Part shown: piece after piece, positions 61,201-64,000 of the stretch
Position numbering within the stretch: position 1 is the stretch's first letter
How the letters are laid out: each line of letters begins with the position of its first letter
From: a virus
Taxonomy: Duplodnaviria; Caudoviricetes
Reading direction: 5' to 3' (one strand)
DNA length: 64,000 bases
IMG/VR virus record: IMGVR_UViG_3300006922_000005
Translations under genes and position numbers: made by a program
Notes under the pieces: generated by a model
What the model saw: only the letters and a program-made list of their open reading frames with translations
What the model was told of the DNA's origin: nothing
Database searches by the model: none

Positions 61201-63166
61201 TTTATATCCAGGAACAAATGATAGTTTATTTGTAACAGTTGATGGTGTATATCTAAAACAAACTACAGATTATACTATTGATTACGAAAATAAAGAAATT
61301 GTTTTTGTTGATGCTCCAGACATTGGGGAAGTTGTAGCAATACAAACTCTTAATGTTGGCGGCGCAAATATTTTAGAAAGAAAAACATTTACAGGTGACG
61401 GAAGTACAACAGAATTTGAACTTACAGCCAAGTACAGTGATGTAGGAAGTGTTTTTGCAACAGTTAACGGTGTAAGTAAAACATATGTATTGCGTGAATC
61501 AACAACAGGTAGTGCAATAGTTGATATTACTAATCCGCCAAGTGTGTCTAATACAGTAATTCAAATTACTGCTTTAAGTTCAACTGAAAAAACATACAGT
61601 GAAATTATAAAAGAAGCAATTATTGATGATGGAAGTTCTATGGCATATACTATGTCAAACATTCCAGGCAATATTGCTCCTTATCATAACATGGTAATTG
61701 CAGAAGTAAAAGATATTAGCAGTGGTGTTGTAACTAGATTACTTCCACCAGACACTGTTTACTATGTAAGCAACGGAATAACACAAAATTATACAGTAAG
61801 TCAAAACCCAGAGTACCCTGTGTTTAGTTTAGCACTAGGAGAAATTGAAGTTTATCTAAACGGAAACAAACTAGTACCAATTAGAGACTTTAACTTTGAT
61901 ACGCAAACTAATCTTGTAACATTTAACCAGAATGTTTTAACTTCCGGTGATGTGATTGCAATTACTATCCTTAAAAATCACGAGTATGAAATTAATGTTA
62001 CTGGTGATAGTGCAGGAGATACTGAAGCAAACTTGGTAATATTAAAAAGTAGATCAGATTTACCAACAAATGCAGAGTTCCATGTAACAACATTTACTAA
62101 TCATGATTCAAACTTAATTAGAAAAGAAGTGTTTACTGGTAACTTAGGCGGCACTTATAAATTAAGTCGTCCTGCAATTGATTCAAACTATGTATGGGTT
62201 GAAATTGATGGTACACCATTAGTTGCAGAACGTGATTATAAGATTTTAGATAACAATATAACTGTTGAGATTGATAATAAATTTACTGTATTAGCAACAT
62301 CAAAAGTTACAATAACAACATTTAGTGAAGAATTAAGTTACGACTCTGTTGGATACAAAGTGTTTAACGATATGTTAGATAGAACACACTTCAAACGTAT
62401 TAGTGATAACGATAGTACTAAACTAGCCGCAGATTTATTGATTAGTGATAAAGAAATTACACTAACCGATACAAGTTTCTTTGATACTCCTTCGATAGCA
62501 GATAAAACACCGGGTGTTGTATGGATTGATAGAGAAAGAATTGAATTTTATAAAATTACTGGTAATAAACTAGGACAAATTACAAGAGGTACATTGGGTA
62601 CAGGTATTAAAGATACACACAAATTAGGTAGTTTAGTATTTGACGCAGGACCAGAGCAAACAGTTCCGTATAAAGAAAATATTAATGTATATGAAAGTGT
62701 TATAAGTCCAAATTTACCAAATGGTAGAAAAGAGCATGTATTAGAAACTGTAAATATAACAGGTAGTGCAAACGCACATGATCAAATTGAAGTATATTTG
62801 AGTGGCAGAAAACTACAAAAACCAACAGTAAGTACAAATCCTATCAAAATTCATGATGCAGAAATTGCATATGATAGTAATGAAACTAACAGTGCAGGTA
62901 CATCAAGTGATGTAACGCAAATAGCAGAGTTTACTGTAGAACCAGTAGCAGACTCAACAGGTAAAAGTTATTATAAGTTAATATTAAGGGATGAGCCTCA
63001 AGATGGTGCTCAACTAAAAGTAACACAGAAGCAAGGGCGTGTATGGTACGAACAAGGCGTTAATTCAGCGTCTACAGGCACCACACTACAACGTGCAGAA
63101 ACTGCTCAAGCCAGGTTCTTACTAGAAAGAACCAGTGGCTTACCTGTAATAAATATTAGGGAATAA
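49220..63166 (+). CDS. Giant multidomain baseplate/virion protein, 4648 aa
   Basis: Uninterrupted ORF coupled to gp6; contains cupredoxin-like, FG-GAP propeller, TNPG.GY..AP repeats, a YHYH domain and F.GDG repeats. Confidence 0.85.
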   Translation: MAYSDNNNAPVNKDNKDKFRNSADLLPMFFRTEANKKFLGATFDTLISKGQLEKINGFVGSRYSPTVKPEDRYLTEPTSNRRRYNLLPSVVIRDDFDDRTEWLATYDDLLNQLDFFNSETKNHNNLFSSKYYAWNPHIDFDKIANYRQYYWLPQGPSPVTVTGLAEGSISAFTVTNDSSGAYVFTPDGSSKNPVIKLFRGATYKFEVNAPGHPFNIKLAKTTGNTDLYTDGVTDNGTDNGTVVFTIPKGAPDILYYACANHQSMQGIFEIKDAVDELNIDIPTEVLGKTEYTSSNGVVFTNGLKVNFTGNVSPSKYKNKNYYVEGVGTGITLTPVTEFDTPEGYSQNFDYEFDVDSFDDTPYDDGESTPTTPEYVSINRASIDKNPWSRYNRWFHKEVIEATAKYNNTNIVLDETQRAKRPIIEFRPNMQLYNFATQGLGNIDVIDTVTTDAFSEVEGQIGYYVDQIDLTTGMRVTFTADPDITVAGKIYEVSFVTHGGKSRLRLEEVESGLTNTGIVVTNGVTNKGTSWYFNGTTWIKGQQKTTINQAPMFELFDNDGVSFTDTKYGVQNFVGNKLLSYKQGTGANDAILGFPISYQNVNNIGDICFNFDWDNDSFVYSTTDGNVLQDTAASVVKVNKSLTENTFESGWSLVDTKTRQKVIQLNDTIAETTLIEITAITNPGLYLTAKDIVVEYAGTVLKPNTGFTTTKSDDGKKLYINPVEFIPSDERITIKITTDEVPTQFGFYEAPINLTNNSENNDLTTFTLGSVTDHVRTIFSNNINVTGKFNNTSNARDIPNLYKSGTRYVKHQGSLLPAIFGLVDSETNVIKSIRKNALDYNVFKQQFLNMFETIEVTGAPRDDVDSILYSMSVNQNSNNSYFYSDMAGYGKSLSSTTYEVNTFEQQIFGIQSNFNLTANSNRSVYVYLNGEHLINGVDYNFDTIDNTVNLIKKTAIGDSVVIYDYNTIGSIIPSTPTKLGLYPKYTPEIYTDKTYITPTKIIQGHDGSKTKAFDDYRDELLLELEKRIYNNIKVEYNRDIFDNNEFKPGAFRKTDFTLDEFTSVLDDDFNYWSNLYSVNYLDNTTSVEGEIFSYNHNSGLDTVNGETLPGSWRGIYKKFFDTDRPHTAPWEMLGYSEKPSWWEGRYGAAPYTSGNDILWNDLEKGFDFNKQKANPVYARTGLSKIIPVDEYGDLKSPLQSNLVNNFITTNIGHDWVFGDMGPSEYSWRSSSWYPYVEQIALALLKPANYLTAQYDTSQNKVSPSGNIIYNSTGKILDFTDVKTHTLYYNNVRYFGSGYHVFVVDYMKQANQDVLTGYASRLAKTSMNLTYKTGAFVNKDRLRVLLESANPNSPDKSIFLPDENYEIAFRKSNPVYTASISGVVVEKVDKGYMVRGYDKYNPVFNIYPARLGQNDQAVNIGGTEANFIIWTEEKFYGAQQIVQYEGSYYRVKEDHTAQQQFDVSKYAKLAELPTTGGASAQIPTLFEDRLVRVPYQTVYTNKQDVYNFLLGYGQYLESIGFKFESRINELGEISDFRFSGKEFLYWTTQNFAKGSVITLAPFARNVSFEFSSGQVDNVLDTFYEYSIYNAGGNPISRKSISTVRDSGRFTLKPVDTQEGIFNVQLNLIQKEHVIVFDDKSVFGDIIYDQEAGYRQERIKLIGFKTTEWDGDLYSPGFVYDEAKISPWAQYRDYNLGDVVKYKTKFYTAKSFIAGEENFVYNKWSYLNQAPTAELLPNLDFKISSFQDFYNLDTETFDEASSKLSQHLVGYQKRIYLDNLIQDNTAQYKFYQGYIKEKGTTNAIDKISRLKIDDVQTDISIDEEWAFKVGSLGSNSTVKEIEFTLDESLNLENPQAYDFVSSVTSNTTPGNNIQITANNIAVKPVDYDNNPWPITTLDTTAGITSDYLNQLPVAGYPRLDDIPTTSVNYSDLVGSSVINQLDDSDLIWVAKDKDKDWNVYQLQTIPARVIQTDDLKTQFLDNEITLNTDIAHNLVVNQIISIKSFSESVDNVYLVKRINSTTQFVVEGSDTSTTLDDSTSGEILEFISNRVSNPDDINNIKNVSNIENDSLIFVDNDGTNKWAVYKKTRAFTENKWGSPNPITKQKFGYNIASANSGRTIVVAAPKFGDEGQIYILNREFNTGIQTLQVTQGFAISDNASDNIVSDAGLPALGTSLALSNDGTVLVAGASEASNFKAADDSTYASGFRVSVGNIDVAPSVFDREGVVTLHTYDTAENLFKRNYVIGCSEPESDLHFGASVLVSNTKLLVGAPGKTNFQGKVYIYDKTTRPDGSTLDWDLSDHHILSIPNSRDGDKFGSTMTANKDLSIVAISAPGYEEEGDDSTANKGAVFIYSLDSNNEYQLIQTLSSATFNQIDSGDSFGYSLDMSDNGTTLIVSAPYDDQNTINSGALYYFSKEVTADSTQDMYTYQQTIFSPLKQVQEQFGAKVSVNEDGTGFAVWSQHGQNRLTTTFDKFTLLEDSSLGETTRETTFDSQSLNIIDENYASGTVYTYTKLNTKFVYGQQLSSDTTQEFDEFGRGLIYTGNSLLVGAPNSKTADLTDDIGSLFVYQKTGSSGWNKIRTQDDPTDPYSVKKSFTFNTLKNDVKDFLETIDPVKGKIPYLAEKEISFKANIDPASYTRSDTNVTVKPTTAWTEEHVGQLWWDLSTVSYIWYEQGDTEYRKTNWGQQFPGSSIDVYEWVETDLLPSEWLELSVTQQGQSAGVSGTPKYNDDTLVQKNIYNFTSGGFETRYYYWVKNTVAVPNVKNRDLPAVEVANIINDPKTYGIKSIQLLSKNAISISNVKTTLDDKDVFLSVQYSNVDTDIPEHNEWQLISESQDKKIENTLLVKKLIDSAVGYDSEGNPVPDQALPVQRKYGIQVRPRQSMFVDRLDALKSIITFTNEVMSNTRVVDTKDINALSEKDPLPVSGSGKWDIQIDDYDELSQVGTEDLVTATATANIVNGRITSVNITNAGKGYKNAPAITISGTGTGAKLQSVIDAQGKITAINVNKTGKDYTVANLDIRPFRALVTLDSTANNNWTIYQWQASTKLWSRTNTQTFDLTRFWKYTDYVVAGFDIDSIINYKLKATYELNTITPIVGELVQVDNAGDGNKIILKRVISNGTFDDSYDLMYKANSTIQFNESVYNYELLNFGFAGQENYDVNLFDSEPIQETRRVLEIIRDNIFVDDLKDNWNKLFFIAVRYAFSEQTFVDWAFKTSFITVDNKLGGFSKKLNYKLSDPGYIEQYINEVKPYRTVIRNFYNSYDQVENTPVSNTDFDLPSYWDEENKIFVAPKITDDKITTEPYVNWFDNYKYNIGNVSVTDDGEGYTEAPVVIISGGRSNKPKIIQTNEFRPLVTTDYTDSRFYIKTTSIPDHGFSRNPGTFAVKSQDFTFEITRTPVEANTKVKTPMGAIGVAVNGVVFHNPKANSTEMRAGVDYTINAVHAGKLLSIDDGSGHPQEDGVYHYHADPSLMYTKDTTAHSPLLGYALDGYPIYGPYGWNTKSGRSNPRVMKSSYSLKTTVRSDGSNHDGTYVEDYEYIAGSGDLDEHNGRTCNTPEYPNGTYAYFVTVDPTDTNVQVYPYIVGPTYYGAPILPNGDKVLPGEAFVDATAVAYISRGIVREIVLTNPGSGYVSAPLVTLAGGGGENSVTRTAKAYARLENKKVRINAMSMKFDRIANSHLIQSQTQTDTFTATEGQIKFKLTYIPTLDKRQININIANETVYIENYDVSIVTLKDQTYKKQEGYIIFSVPPGKGKSVSITYEKSIDLMQATDRINYYYNPTAGMRGKEPSQLMTGVEYDGVKVQGLEFDISVGFDGLPWFSHGWDTFSGTNTDFAFRADGSTQTFTLPYTPEAGQEINVYFDNVRQDPTNTPTITGDGNTTAFTLDIGAPDGTLVVFRQKESDGSLVPTDVNNLDTILQGGNFQYSTATGQNPEDIDIDGDGFVTVDTSHAPEEVVPGQTFDSLSISVYNSPADGSPLIVTNRYIGNSLLRRYSFDLYPGTNDSLFVTVDGVYLKQTTDYTIDYENKEIVFVDAPDIGEVVAIQTLNVGGANILERKTFTGDGSTTEFELTAKYSDVGSVFATVNGVSKTYVLRESTTGSAIVDITNPPSVSNTVIQITALSSTEKTYSEIIKEAIIDDGSSMAYTMSNIPGNIAPYHNMVIAEVKDISSGVVTRLLPPDTVYYVSNGITQNYTVSQNPEYPVFSLALGEIEVYLNGNKLVPIRDFNFDTQTNLVTFNQNVLTSGDVIAITILKNHEYEINVTGDSAGDTEANLVILKSRSDLPTNAEFHVTTFTNHDSNLIRKEVFTGNLGGTYKLSRPAIDSNYVWVEIDGTPLVAERDYKILDNNITVEIDNKFTVLATSKVTITTFSEELSYDSVGYKVFNDMLDRTHFKRISDNDSTKLAADLLISDKEITLTDTSFFDTPSIADKTPGVVWIDRERIEFYKITGNKLGQITRGTLGTGIKDTHKLGSLVFDAGPEQTVPYKENINVYESVISPNLPNGRKEHVLETVNITGSANAHDQIEVYLSGRKLQKPTVSTNPIKIHDAEIAYDSNETNSAGTSSDVTQIAEFTVEPVADSTGKSYYKLILRDEPQDGAQLKVTQKQGRVWYEQGVNSASTGTTLQRAETAQARFLLERTSGLPVINIRE

Positions 63167-63169
63167 CCA

Positions 63170-63820
63170 ATGTCAGACAAGGATAACAAAGTGAAGAAAA
63201 CGTATCAAAAGCCAAATGAAAACCAGGGTGTGCTTATGGAAGGGCACATTAAAATCAGTGACCCTGAAACTAAGAAAATACTTGTGGATAAAAGGAACGC
63301 TATTCATTACGAAAATATGAGTATATCACTAGCAGAATCGCTAGGTAACGAAGGACGTGGTAACATTGTTGAAATGGCTTTTGGCAATGGTGGAACTACA
63401 GTTGATCCTACAGGTATTATTACATATTTGACACCAAACAATGTTGGTGTAAATGCAAGTTTATACAATCAAACATATTATAAAACTGTTGACGATAACA
63501 ATGTTAACAATACAGATCCTAGTAGAAACTTTATTGAAACTAGACACACATTAGGTGCAACTTATACTGACATTTTAATTAGTTGTTTACTTGATTACGG
63601 TGAGCCTAGTGGACAAGAAGCGTTTGATAACTCAACTGACATGGACGGAAACTATGTGTTTGATGAATTAGGGTTAAAAGCGTTCACAACAAATGGTGCA
63701 AACGCAGGAAGATTGTTAACACATGTAGTATTTCATCCTGTACAAAAGTCACTAAACAGATTAATTCAAATTGATTATACAATTAGAATTCAAAGTTTGA
63801 CTAACATAAGCGAGATTTAA
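63170..63820 (+). CDS. Conserved virion structural protein, 216 aa
   Basis: GHIKISDPET, KRNAIHYENMS, LTHVVFHPVQKSLNRLIQIDYT. Confidence 0.75.
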   Translation: MSDKDNKVKKTYQKPNENQGVLMEGHIKISDPETKKILVDKRNAIHYENMSISLAESLGNEGRGNIVEMAFGNGGTTVDPTGIITYLTPNNVGVNASLYNQTYYKTVDDNNVNNTDPSRNFIETRHTLGATYTDILISCLLDYGEPSGQEAFDNSTDMDGNYVFDELGLKAFTTNGANAGRLLTHVVFHPVQKSLNRLIQIDYTIRIQSLTNISEI

Positions 63821-63824
63821 CGAA

Positions 63825-64000
63825 ATGGCATATAGTGTAAATTTTACAAATTCGATTAATAAGAATCCTATTGTCATTGATGACAATAGTCGTAACACTG
63901 TTGATACTTCGTTAACTTTTATAGGGCGTAACGAAGCAAGTTACGGACAAGCGATTGCAGAAAACTTTTTACATGTATTAGAAAACTTTGCAAACGTTAC
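63825..64000 (+). CDS. Baseplate/fibre-type structural protein, partial
   Basis: ATG 63825: MAYSVNFTNSINKNPIVIDDNSRNTVDTSLTFIGRNEASYGQAIAENFLHVLENFA; runs off the window. Confidence 0.8.
   Translation, partial: MAYSVNFTNSINKNPIVIDDNSRNTVDTSLTFIGRNEASYGQAIAENFLHVLENFANV

Noticed and set aside
1-64000. Stop-codon reassignment
   Set aside because: Core genes are full length in code 11, and TAA, TAG and TGA all end genes at coupled junctions.

Overview
64 kb of an AT-rich, large T4-related myovirus genome in the standard genetic code; no host chromosome, CRISPR array, tRNA or transposon was found. Left to right: (i) fibre and virion-structural genes on the minus strand, interrupted by a cassette of six 2OG-Fe(II) oxygenases plus a NodU/CmcH carbamoyltransferase (1827-7619); (ii) a head module with portal gp20, protease gp21, scaffold gp22 and major capsid gp23; (iii) a tape-measure-like gene divergent from a gp26-like chaperone; (iv) gp55 late sigma - gp47 - gp46 - Hc1-like - GIY-YIG genes; (v) a baseplate operon ending in a 4648-aa wedge protein. 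Three signals are missing from the ORF track. The first is a ~500-nt ORF-free, heavily base-paired, probably pseudoknotted RNA directly behind the GIY-YIG gene (33477-33964, minus strand). The second is a T-TTT-TTC -1 frameshift site fusing the gp26-like chaperone to a start-less gp51-like ORF (31645-31881). The third is six late promoters placed exactly 5 nt before an ATG, implying leaderless late mRNAs. Family assignments come from motif recognition by eye; no database search or folding program was run.
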